DNA of 64,000 nt, from positions 186,001-250,000 of the forward strand of contig JAQGDQ010000112.1 in NCBI GenBank assembly GCA_030141605.1, given 5' to 3'. Positions 46,701 through 58,750 of the stretch are shown in pieces (the stretch's first letter is position 1; each line of letters starts with the position of its first letter). A program made the position numbers and the translations under genes. This DNA comes from Tubiluchus corallicola. Taxonomy: Eukaryota; Animalia; Priapulida. The notes under the pieces were generated by a model. It saw nothing but the letters and a program-made list of their open reading frames with translations. It ran no database searches and was not told the origin of the DNA.

Positions 46701-49700
46701 AAGAACAAAGTAACTGCAACAATATTAGACAAGTAAAACAGACATTGTATCAGGCTTATACGTAGTTACAGAAGAAATAACTTATTTTTAAAAAGTCGGT
46801 TTTTCACATATCATTCATGCTCTTATTTCTTTACTTTAAACATTACCTTGAAAAACTCAAATAGTTATTACTGCTAATAACACAATAAACCCCCCCAAAA
46901 AATGTAAACAGTTTGAAGTTGGTGCAAAACAAAACTAGACATAAGTTAATAAACCCTGTGGTTTAACCCAATTAGATATACCTTCATATTAATTAATGCG
47001 TAAACAAGTTATTACAATCTTATTGTAATTAAACAAATTGTTACAAACCCACAGTTAATTAAATTATGATAGGAAGCTTCAAAGTGCCACAAGAGATGTG
47101 AAAAAGTTGTGAAGATTGAGAGAAATCACAAATGCGGTATTTGGGCTGCTCGTATACAGCACAGGGTAACTGGGGTGTATGGGCTAGTGCGATAAACAGA
47201 TCCCTACAGATGCACATTTGTTGTTTTACACCAACAAGTTCAACCTTAATTACTTGATCCCTTTTCTGGCAATAAAAAATGCTATCTTACACATGTTAGT
47301 AAAACATTCTTTCTACGCAGTATTCTTTCTTTCAAACTTAACACGAGTAACCTAGTAGGTACAGACAATTTCGAAAAATGTAAATTATCTAAGAAACTTT
47401 GTGTGTTGTGCTGTTTGGTAGCACAAAATTTTTTAAAGTTATTGAAGAAATGATGTATTCATTATTGTGAGTGAATTAACATTCCATGCACAATGTAGAT
47501 GATGTCACTTTCTCATCCTGTGTAGTTATTCTGCATACTGTAAAACAGGTACCTGCTGTCTTTCTACCAAACACCACTAATTACCTGAATAAAAAATGAT
47601 TTCTGAACAAAGACTCCTTGTCGCACACAATAGCAGTTGTGCAGTGCAAACTTTAGAGTGAGTCACAACTGAATATACAACTATCATTGAGTGGCATCAA
47701 CCAGTAATTCATGTGTTTGACTTTTTTCTGTTTTCTTCTACTCCAGTCCACTGTTACAGATGAGTGGTTCGATGCAAAGTAATGTTTGTTTTTTGCAGGT
47801 GCTGCAGTTGAGGAGGAAATGACAATTGCTCAAAAGGTCATGCTCGTCGGATATGCCGAATTGCGGATGATTATCAAGTGGTCTCGAAGAGTACCAGGTA
47901 TATCAAGTGTTTCGCTGTGCTAAAAGTTTGAATAGACTGCAAATACTGATGATCCTGCTAGGTAAAAGCTAATTATAATGATAAGCAGTTTTCCCAAATT
48001 TCTTGTCTGTTGTCCATCATTTTGGACATTGGAAGCATCAAAGGAGTCCTCTCAGTTTTCTTTTGTAGCATTGGAAGTTTATTTTTCTATTTTGGTCATC
48101 TGAAACAAATTGAAAGCAAAAATGAAAAGAAAACAGCTTTTATTAAAACTTCAAGTTATAATAAATCATCAGTGCCTGTATAAAATGACTTGAATTATTT
48201 ACAACTACAGAAGGCAAAAACTCATTCTTTTTAGCCGTTTTTGGCAGAAGTTTGAGACGTAAAGAAAAGAGCAATGTTGGCTGTTTTACTAGGTACAGTA
48301 TGAGAGCTCATTTTACAGGGAAATGTTCGTTTTCCATTCCGGAATGCCATTGTGTCTTGCACAAGGCCCGTCTGAATTTTATAAAATTTTATACAAACGC
48401 TGTTTGTTTGAGCATTTCAAATAAAAGTAAACACGCTGCCAGAAAAAGGAAAAACAGCCAGGTCCAAAAAAATTTCTTGAAAAAATCTTGCACTACATGA
48501 AATGCGGACACTATAATTCCACATTGTAGTTTTATGAGTTCCATTTTAAAACATTCATCATGCCTACTGCCCTGTTTAGGGCCTTAGTGCTTATTGTTAA
48601 GCCATCTCTGCTTCATTAATTTCTGGCAAGCACATCTTACAGCATTTGTCATGTCATACTGATAAATTTTAAAAAAACTTCAGTTACACAAAATTATTTT
48701 GCATAGCTTCGTTATTGCTATGTTAATAAGCCTTTTCACAGTTTCATTGTGCGTTCGCAAAGTTGCTGTAGGTCAGCGGTTAAGTGAACCCCAGCAATGC
48801 GTCTTAACTACAACCATCACTTGATTTGTGTAAAGCATAGTTGTCTGCTGCATCAGTTCAGTAACTTCAGTTGTTTTACATGGTCTTTTTTTAATTATGC
48901 ATTAGTCTGTCTGTAGAATGATTTAGTTACTAGCAAGATCTTACTTGGGAACAAGAAAAGTGAACTTGGTAAGGTTCTAACTAGCTGTTAAAATGGTTAC
49001 TATTACAATAGCATGGGCTGCGAGGCTTTCTCAAGTGTACACAAATGCATTGTCTGGTTCACTTATTGTTCGAACCTTTTCACGAGTATCATCAATTGCT
49101 GGAACTGTGAAAAGGTGTGTTCTATTAAGCTGTTCTTTGCTTGATATATAAATTTGTTCTCTAGTAGTGCTACAGGTTTTCACAAGCTCACTTATAATGG
49201 ACAGGATAACCAAAATGTCATATTACCTAAAATACAGTAACTTGCATGTGCTGTTCATGATATATCATCAATAAACTGAGCTCGCCCTTGTCTTAATGTG
49301 GTTTATTGCCTTACATTAGATGATGCTCTCATTGTTTACCTCTGCTGACCCCTGGTGAGCCAAAAATTAACAATGTCAGTATTTCATCAAAATTTTTTTC
49401 TTGATCCCTTTGCCCATGACCCCTTTGGTTCAATTAAGCTTTACACAGCCTAGTTACTGAAACTTTACTTGTGTTGATTCTTGTATAATTGTCTCATTTG
49501 GCTTCAACAGCTGTATGTAGTTGGGAGGGGGGACATTACTTTTGTCTTATACTGCTTTGCCTACTTTGCTTTATTTTAATACTTGCTTTGCTTTACTTTT
49601 CTATACTTTACTTTACTTTAGCTTACTTTTCTTACTTTGCTTTTCTTCACTTTGTTTTGCATTACTTTACTTTGCTGTACTTTATTCTATTTTCTTTACC

Positions 49701-52700
49701 TTGCTTTACTTTCCTTTACTTTAGTGCACATCACTTCAGTTCACTTCTCATTACTTTACTTTACTACCATGTTCTACGTTACCTTATTTTATGTGGCTTA
49801 AATTGTGATTGATATTTTGCGGTAACAATGTAACACAGTGATTTTTCACTTTAACAGGTTTTAATGAGTTGTTACTCGATGATCAGATGACGTTGTTGAA
49901 AACAAGCTTTGTTGAGCTCAATATTTTCAGACTGGCCTTCAGGTAATTGAAACAAGACCAACTTTAGTGGCTTCCGAAGGCATCAAATATTAGATGTTTA
50001 GTAAATTTTTCGTATTCAATCACTTTAGACAATGCGCAATTCTTAACCTGCACAATTTCTTTGGAATTTCACGTTGCAAAAAACATTACCATTTATTTCA
50101 ATAAATTTATGCTTAATCTGTTAAAAATTATAATTTAAATGAGAAATTTGACACACAAAAGGAAATTTTGGTTAAAAAATGAAAGTCACTGGCTAGTTCC
50201 TATGCAGGTGCATCTGGACGCATTTTGGTAAAACTCGTCTACAGGTGGCAACAATCATATTTAAGCTATCATACAGTATTTTAAAGGAGAAGAAATGGGA
50301 ATTTAAAGTATTTTAAACGGAAAGAAAAGGGAATTATAATGTATGATGTATGTAATATTCGAAGTATTCCACAAAGTTGGTTTACAACTTTGGCGTTACC
50401 TGAATGGGAAAAATGTTGAAGAGTATGCTTGTAGCTCAACTTGATGCTGCCCGGTGTTCTTAAGATCTGCTGACTTTTCAGGTGTAATGGACCTTCAGGA
50501 TAAAGGTTCCAATTACTAAAACGTCACTAGTTCACCATCCCAGTGTCCACCAAAAAACATCACTGGTGCACCCAAAACACATATTATTAATCTAACTGAC
50601 AAGATAAAATGATTAATAACTTTTACTTAGTTAGTGAAATGTGTGCTACGAATTCTCTGATTATTTTATCACACTTTACGCAATGTTATGTGAACTTAAA
50701 ACTTCTTGCAGAACGATTGATCAGTAAAATGGCCGCGCCTAACGGTCAGTGCAACAGAGCAATTTTATACAGTATTACTGCTAATACAAGCTTTGTGTGC
50801 AAGAAAGACATCGTGTAGGTGATAAAAAATTTGAAGATGATTTTTTAGCTTTATGTAAAAATCTGTTTTCTTATCTTTTAATATAATCACTTACCAAATT
50901 TGTTGTATTGGATAATATGACACTGAATTGTTAACAGGTCAAAGAACTATGCGGACGGGTCATTAAACTGGTTTAACGGCTGTGTCTTGTCAGCCAATGA
51001 CAGTGCATCACTCATGTGGGGATCAGATCTGGTTAATCTTTGCTTAGAGTTCATATCTCGTCTTCGGGAAGTTGAGCTGGACATTCCTGAGTTTGCCGTA
51101 CTGAGTGCAGTGGTTCTGTGTTGTCCAGGTAGGAGATTATTCAGTACTGACCACTGGACCATTAGATTGCTAGATCTCTAGCACTGTGTTTGCCTTGCAG
51201 CTGAAAAACACGTAATGTGTAATTGTGCAGTAACTGAGAATTTACGTGTTGAACACATAGGTCAGACAATTATTGATGTTGATACTTTACGGAATTTAGA
51301 CCCAGAAATTATTTGTGAATTAACTCATGATGAGTTATCAAAATTTAAAAACTTATTTTGAAACCCTGTACTTTCATAAGGTTCTGTACTTGTCTGTACT
51401 CTCGTAGGTATCTCAGTTTGCACAGTCTTTGCAAAAAATTGGAAAAGAACTTGCAAAACCGTTCACACTTGCGAGAGAACTCTCTAGTATGAACGGGCCA
51501 TTAGAACTACACTTCTGTCTCTCTGCTGCAAGTCACTCCTGTATGGTCTTCACTCATTACCCACACTTTGCATGCAGTCATCGCTCAACCAGTTAGACAC
51601 TAATTCTGATTCTGTCAAATGTTCCGACTTTTACTCTGTATTAATACGATCATCTATATCAATTTTTCAACTGTTTGTGTTAAGTAGCACCTACATAAAA
51701 AATGAGCATGAGCAAGTCTGTAACCTCGACACTGCCTAGATGAAAAAGAACAATGTTGGTGTCGATGCTGTAAGTGACATTGTTAATTTGATGCTGCCTA
51801 ATGTTCTAGAACGTGTCGACATTTCAGATGCAGTTGGGTTAAAAGACAAAGATGCTGTAGCCGCTCTGCAGAACAAATTCTTGGATATACTGCGCAGCTA
51901 CATGACGCAACGAAGCGGACCATTGCGATACGGCAAGCTGTTACTCAGACTTCCACTACTGCGGACGTTGAGTAACATTGGACTGGACAAGTAAGTTTTG
52001 TATTCGTAATTATCATTATTGGTATCTCTTCCGCTAACTTGAAGATTTTTCATTGCTAGTTAGAGATTCAGTGATAATCGCATGCAGTAATTCTCCGCTT
52101 AATGATGGCTAATGCCTTCCAGCAAAATGCGATGTTGAGCGAAACCTCATAAAATGAAACCAGAACTTTCATTGAAAGTAATGTAAAAGATTTGAGACAC
52201 GTTCCAGAGGCAAAAATCAATGCTACTTAATTCAAATAAGTTATACGTTTTATGAGTTTTATTCATATTTCTACTGATTAATTTCTTTCTGCTTGAACAT
52301 AAAAAACATAATGCCCTTTATAGTCTCACTGATTATGTATTTTTGTGTCAGACGCTTCCACCCTAGCAAGCCTCATCAGCTCAAAAAGTTGCAGATAAAA
52401 TGCTAAAGCAGTATTAAGTTTTTATGTTAAAGGTGATAAGTCTCAGGAATACTCTCACATATTTTAAATTCTTTCTGCTTGCTGGAAACTACCTAATCTT
52501 TCTTACCAGTACCTAGCTAGCTGTCTCTTTCGTTAACGTTGAAGCCCTAGCTTCGCAGTTAGCGGTTGGACACTGCATAGTAAAAGCCAAGCTTGGGCTA
52601 GGCCTTGGAGACAATTTATTTTAGACTCTGGTTGCTATAGCAACAGTTTACAGGCAGAATTCCTTGCCATAAAATTTGCACTCAGGTGCCTGGAGGCATA

Positions 52701-55700
52701 TAAATTGCAAATATGTCTCGTTTCATACAAATGACTAACATTTAATAGTCAGGCTTGAAACAAAAACATAAATAATAATTGTACTGTTTTGTAATTCCTG
52801 CGTTCCTCTACACTAATTGCACTTTGAATTGCTTTTTGTAAATCATTTGTCATAAAACCAACAGAATCTGGAACATAGCTGAAGTCATTTGCAAGTAATT
52901 AACTAATGCATAGCTTTTCATCCTGTATAATTCGCGGAAATAAATGATAATATTAGCCTGTTACTTTTCTTGCATTCCTAATACCTTCTCTTAGGAAACC
53001 ACTGCAAGTTTTTTAGATTAAGAAATGAAAATTATTTCCACAACTGCAATCACAGATTGCTTTTGTTTTGACAATTTTTGTGTTGTGTATGTGCTTGGTG
53101 GATACAGTTTTAGCAATGCAAAATTTCAGATGGAAAAAATCGGTTTCTGTACATGTCTGTTGCGGATTTAGTGGATATGTAGCCTCACAGAGTACATTTC
53201 TGAGTCTGAACAGTGTGAGCATGAGTATGAGTTTACCTGAAAGTCAGGATGTAGTTAATTTGTTTGCATGTAATCTATTCAGGAGGCAGGCAGGAACGGT
53301 TAACAAAGCAGCTCGTTGAGTAGCATTAGCGTCTTTGCTCAAAAGACTGTTAGTTAACAAAACGGCTCAGTTAGCACTCGAGCTTCGTTCAGCAGTGTGT
53401 TATAATAGAGAATAAGTGAAATAATAGAGCAAAAACAATGCAAACATTGAAGTCATGTCGAGCTAGCCTAGTACCAGAGAGTCGGTTTGGGAGATACAAA
53501 TTGATGAGCCACGGCTCAGCCACCTCCTGATTGGGCATTACCGACTCTTTGCTACTCCTTAGCGACTCTTTCCCACGAGTTTGCTGCATAAAAGGGCGTG
53601 ATTCTGAGCACATTTCATCATTTTTCTGTTTGGTCATCTCGCGTCGACAACTGCAAGGCTCTCAAGGACAATCTGATTGGTGTAGTCATGACATTGGAAT
53701 CTTTTACCGAAGGAACATCATATGATCGAAAAACTGCTGGAGAGGCGTTCTCCCTCCTAAAATCAATAAATTATGAATTTTGTCTGTGTTTATCAATCAT
53801 GACTGATCTGCTGGGAATGTCACAGATTGTTTCCAAAGCAAAGAACACAATGTGCCGTCAGCAGTGACCTGATGATCCTTGCAGTTGAGGCTGAGAAAAC
53901 AAAGAATGTGGACTTGAAGCCTGTGGTTGAGCTCTTCTGGAGTGATGTTCTGCGTCGGATTCCTGACAGCTAATAAATACTTAATTAAATTTTAATTAAG
54001 TTTCTGTTGCCAGTTGGGAATAAATAAATCGTTTTTTTTTGCACACAAAATACTGTTTATTTTTTTCAAAATTATACGTTTTTTAAACAGTTAAGTTACG
54101 CCATTATATACAGTCGCCCCCCCCCCCATTTTTTTTTATGCACGACGCCCCTGCTACTGTATGACTACAGACATAACTAAATGATTACAAATTAGGTACA
54201 CTTCTACTCAGGAGAATCTCGGCTATCCAATCGTGCTATTTGTTTGAGCATTTATAAGTGATTTAATTGGACAAAATTGCTCTAGCCCAAGAGAACAATC
54301 TGCTGTACAGAGTTCCAGAAAAAGCCAACCAGCCAAGGAGAAATTAAGGTCGTTTCATTTTTAACAGAAATTTCTCCTTAAAAGTAGAATACAGTTGAGG
54401 CCAAAGTGTGTCAGAGTAGTCTGGATAGTTGAAATTTTCTGCATTAGCCGATTTCATACAAGTGCTACTGTGCATTGTTACAGTGCAAACACTGCCGTTA
54501 CTGAGAGCTTTTTTCGAATTTTTTTCAGCCGAAATCGATTTTTAATTTGCCTAAGGTAATCAAATGCATTTCATATGTAATTTTGCAGGAAAAAATCCAT
54601 TATGTGAGAAGTAGAAACCTAGAAAAATTATCACATATAACATAATTGCTGCTTAGTTACAAGCAATTTTTCATGAACCCACGCAAAATGCAGCAAACGC
54701 TTACAGTCCTGAAGGAGCTAATCACATTACTACTGCTGCTGAGCAGCTGCAATTACTACTATCATGACTTTTTTTGTAAATAATGCAGCAAAGTCAAAAT
54801 TAACAACAAGTCATTTAAATACGAATTTCAAACCTCTGTTTAATCCTTTGTTTATCACCTGTTGGCCGTGATGCAATGAAAAACATCTGCTACACTTACA
54901 ATTACTTGACTAAACAGTCATTCTTGTAAAATTACAAATGTCTTTGATGAGCTAAAATACTCTAATGCATTACCTTTGCTGCTGCTTTTTGTTTACTCTC
55001 CTGTTATCTGTTTTATCCTTAACAACCTTACTAATTTAGCGGAAAAACAATCTTATTTTCAGCTGCAAGACGCATTAAGTCTGTCATAAAATATGACTCC
55101 TGTGTCTGCAGCATTTTTACTGTTTTTCCTTAAAAGGTTGAATGTAAACTGGAGATTTTTACAGCGATGTTGAAACAGCTGATTTTATTCTCCCGCACGA
55201 GACCATTTCATCTGCAGTACAAGTGTTTGTATTGCGATTTTCAGTTTACATTTATATCAGCCATCCAAAAAATTTCATTGAGAAATAAAAAGTCTTGTTT
55301 AACAGCTGCCATCACTAAAGAATTTTTTTGATAGTTGTTATAATGACTGTAAATTGTAAGTCACCATGCAACTTTGGTTTTGCTTTGGAGAATGAGAAAA
55401 ACTAGAATAAGATTCAAATCTGATTTTTAAAACTAAAAAGTTTACTGGTTAATAATTTAGACAAAAAAGAAATATTGTACTTTAAGTAATTAAATAATTG
55501 TACGGCCATCCACATATAACAATATTAAGCTTTTGGCTGATTTCGAGGACCTACCTACCTACCTTGTGTTATAATGGTGATGTGCTCCACCACCTATCTA
55601 CCCCTTGATATCTATCATACCGATGTTGCTTTTTGTACATTTTGTTCTTCCTCCTCCCAAGGTCAAGCAAAAACATCACTTGTGTTAATTACTGGAAAAC

Positions 55701-56480
55701 TATCAGTGGATTCTACTGGCATCAACAGTGAAGATGGTGGCAGCCTCATTTCACTGAACTAATTTACTGAACAATGGCTACGCCCTCGTCATCTGGCATG
55801 CGCGTGTCAGAAAGAGTGCAGTCGGGTAATGATATCATGACTAAATCACCTACCTGCCTTGCATTATAATGGCGTTCTCACATCTCCTGCCACCTACCTA
55901 GCCTAAACTTGATATCGTTATATGTGGATGACCCCTTACACGCTGACCTGTACGCTGTACTGATTACATGCAATTCATAGTATGTATTCATGTGCATTTT
56001 TGCGATATATTCGTTTTCAACTTTGTGTAGCATTTCCCAAAAAAAAATTACTCTTATTTTTGGTTTTTTAGAAAATTCTTGAATATTGTCAACTGCTTTA
56101 CTGTATGTTTACCGCAAAAGAAAGTTGGCAAGTCTTTTGAAGTTTTTCTGTTCACCCACGGCAAACCTACATACCTAAATAAGACTGTCTTTTTTGTTAA
56201 TTAATTTGCTTATCTAATTGTTGCATAGATACTTCATTCACGTTTTGTATTTGTATTATCTCTGTAGCCAGATGATTTTTGTAACAGTTTTATTGTATGT
56301 TCAAAGGTTGTAGAATAAACATGTTTAAACTAAACCTAAACTTGCTAAAACTATGTGAACCATGACCTAACTCTTGTTGGAATAATAAATGTAATTTTTT
56401 TCTCTGATTATAGATATCATCATGCTCTGATTGAAGGCGTGATTCCGGTTGACCAACTGGCAGTGGAAATGACCACTTAG
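43799..56480 (+). CDS. Nuclear hormone receptor, ~457 aa, probably of the NR7/NR8 orphan subfamily
   Basis: Seven exons: 43799-44345 (A/B region and C4 [42 protein letters not shown]), 45011-45232 ([12 protein letters not shown]), 47799-47897 ([17 protein letters not shown]), 49858-49942 ([28 protein letters not shown]), 50938-51128 ([17 protein letters not shown]), 51828-51990 ([16 protein letters not shown]), 56414-56480 ([21 protein letters not shown]). Total 1374 nt, phases consistent. The nuclear receptor call is firm; the subfamily is from recalled motifs. Confidence 0.92.
44670..44770 (+). mobile_element. tRNA-derived SINE-like head in a nuclear receptor intron
   Basis: A-box-like TAACTGAGCTGG and B-box GGTTCAAATCCC; homologous to 30150-30260. 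Confidence 0.55.
46379..47193. mobile_element. MITE with imperfect TIRs
   Basis: Left TACTGCACTAGCCCATA..GCTGCCCGAATACCGC versus right GCGGTATTTGGGCTGC..TATGGGCTAGTGCGATA. Confidence 0.55.
49540..49790. repeat. Degenerate (TTTAC/TTTGC)n pentanucleotide repeat upstream of a nuclear receptor exon
   Basis: Seen directly; it produces spurious Leu/Phe/Tyr-rich ORFs. Confidence 0.8.
52085..52670 (+). mobile_element. Second, partial copy of the Tigger/pogo-like element
   Basis: CAGTAATTCTCCGCTTAATGATG.. and TTCATATTTCTACTGA, AAAGCCAAGCT, TATAGCAAC..CAGG..AATTCCTTGC are colinear with 26132-26540. Confidence 0.65.
53600..54152 (+). mobile_element. Internally deleted hAT (ZMYM1-like) transposon, 3' part
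   Basis: [48 protein letters not shown] joins directly to the dimerisation-domain end [26 protein letters not shown]; terminus ..GCACGACGCCCCTG (reverse complement CAGGGGCGT). Confidence 0.75.
55501..55938. mobile_element. PIF/Harbinger-like MITE
   Basis: Left GGCCATCCACATATAACAATATTAAG versus the right end reverse complement TAA-GGGGTCATCCACATATAACGATATCAAG; internal direct repeat CCTACCT.CCTTG..TTATAATGG. Confidence 0.7.
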
Positions 56481-58229
56481 AACAGCGAATTTCATATAAG
56501 GATCTTGACGGAGAAAGATCACTCAAATCTGGAGATGCTTGCCATCGACTACGCAAGTTCCATTTTGATCATTGTTGTAGCTGTTAGATAGTCAATGGTT
56601 AGCTTTTCGATGCCCATGTTATAATTTATGAAGAGTTTATCTCCAGTTTTTGCATGTCGTTGTTGTTCATTTCATTATTGTTTATCTTTGGCCTTTTCAT
56701 AATTTGGAGCAGCTTATACAAGATTTTAAAAAGAGTATTAGTTATATACATATAAGTATGTATTACATAAATTGATATATTTATATAGTTTATTAGCACT
56801 TCTAGAAAATATAGTTGGGAAGAGTATTTTTTCTTTGTGAGTAAACAAGTGCAGTTATTATGAGTTAGAGGTGACAAGCGTGGGAATTATACTACATCAG
56901 TGAGATACAAGAGTCAATGTTTTCCGCACATAATACGCAATTATAGCTGATAAACTAGTCTGTTAAAGATTACATTACATTTGGTAGCCACTGTGATAAC
57001 AGATTTCAATAAACTGCGTGACTGGTAGTGTGGCTGTGTAAAATGGTGTTTAGGGAATAATCACATGTACAGCGTTCGTTAACTAACAAACCAAAAAAAG
57101 ACTCATATAGTAATGGAGATATAGTGAGAAGTCTTCGCAGTGTCTTTTAGTAAACTGCCAACATTATTGATTTTTTTGGCAGTGTGAATGTAGAAATTGT
57201 CTTATGGAGTTCAGAGCCTGTTAGATCACTTAGATGATATGTAGATAGATATTAGTACAACGTATACATAATAGTACAATGTATGCATAAATTCATGTAG
57301 GGAATTATTCCTTTTCCCTTGTTGTAATTATTGTGTCAGGAAGATTGGTTTGCAACACTTTATGGAGAAGTTTAGCTATGCTAATATGCACATATGCTGC
57401 CACCTAACGACGTTCAGCAGAATGACTAAATTAATTATTTGTAAAGCTTGGAGTGGCTCGATAAGAACACAAGAATATAACATAACAAGAATATTAATAT
57501 AATATAATATAATATAACTGATTTTGCAGTCTACGTACTTCATAGAGCTACGAAGCTTCACTGAGTACGAATTTTTTTCAGTTCAATTCAGCACTATGAG
57601 TAATCTATGTCTTGGGCAGGACTGTAGGCAGTTTTTAGTAGAGTTAAACTTCTCTGTTGGTTGTACAAATTCCAGTCTTTCGTTTGGCTCTTTTGTCTCA
57701 GGATCATTCATTTTGCTCAAACAATTTCAACTTGACATTTGTCATATCATCTTTGTTGTTTGCTCAAAGCATTTCTAAGTTTAATTCATAGACATAGTGC
57801 AATTTTTCTTAGTAAGGCATGAGTTTTTTGATTTGTGAATGCAATAGTTGTCCCACAAGTTCATGACTTACGTAATTCAAATGATGTCATTAACGCAGAA
57901 CAAGTGGGTCATACCAAGGCAACCGGGGAACTGCTCAAAAGCTCGTATTTTTCCAAGCAGGTGAGGGTCTAAAATGTAAACTAGTCAAATGCTCACTTGG
58001 GCCCATACATCCAGCTACTACCATGAAATTATCTTCAAGCGTGTCTTTAAATTGTTAAAGCTGTCAGAAGCCATGCATGTTTAATCTGCTGTATATTGTT
58101 TTATTTGCATTTTTCTGTTTGTTCAAGCTGCCATTCCAAGCCAACAGGGGTGGTTTATTAAAAAAAACTGCTTTTAAACTAAAGCTCAACACAATCTAAT
58201 ATATAACATATTGAAAGGCAACATGCGAT

Positions 58230-58750
58230 TTTTTCAAGAATGACTTACATGAAAGAATTATTACCGCAATTTTGCATTTGCGCCACTAGTTTTTTTTGCG
58301 GTTACATATATTTCGACTTCTGCTAATTACACGGGCACCAGCCCCTACATCTCAGAAACGCATTGCACAAAAAACAAATGTTGTACCTCTCCGTTCATAG
58401 GTGTTCGGTTGTGATGTAGTGCACGCATACAATAATTCATGTGTGTGAACAGCGGTAAACTTGAAATTTGAATTTTGAGCTTAATATTTGCCAAGGTTTT
58501 GTATATCACACTAAATGTTGTACAGTAGTAATTTTTGTTTTCGCAAGCACGTGCAACATGCTCATGGAACATTTGTGCTGTTGAAAATTGTCCAGTTGTG
58601 TTGTCATCACTAGTTGGGCTCACCCACTGTTAATTAAGTTTTTAACCTATTATTTAATTATCAGGAATATTTGGTGTTAAAATGTATACTTTTTACCTTA
58701 CTGTACTTCAAAATGGGTAGCATATGAAAAATCGTCCTATTTTCCTTTAA
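58230..58750 (-). mobile_element. Kolobok-like MITE, copy 4 (reverse orientation)
   Basis: Reverse strand starts TTAA-AGGAAAATAGGACGATTTTTCATATGCTACCCATTTTG and contains GAGCCCAACTAGTGATGAC and GAGAGGTACA. Confidence 0.7.

Noticed and set aside
49489-49812. Hydrophobic, membrane-protein-like ORFs
   Set aside because: Translations of a TTTAC-type low-complexity repeat.
52352-52406. Candidate final nuclear receptor exon ([17 protein letters not shown])
   Set aside because: It lies within a transposon copy and lacks H11/H12 features; 56414-56480 fits much better.
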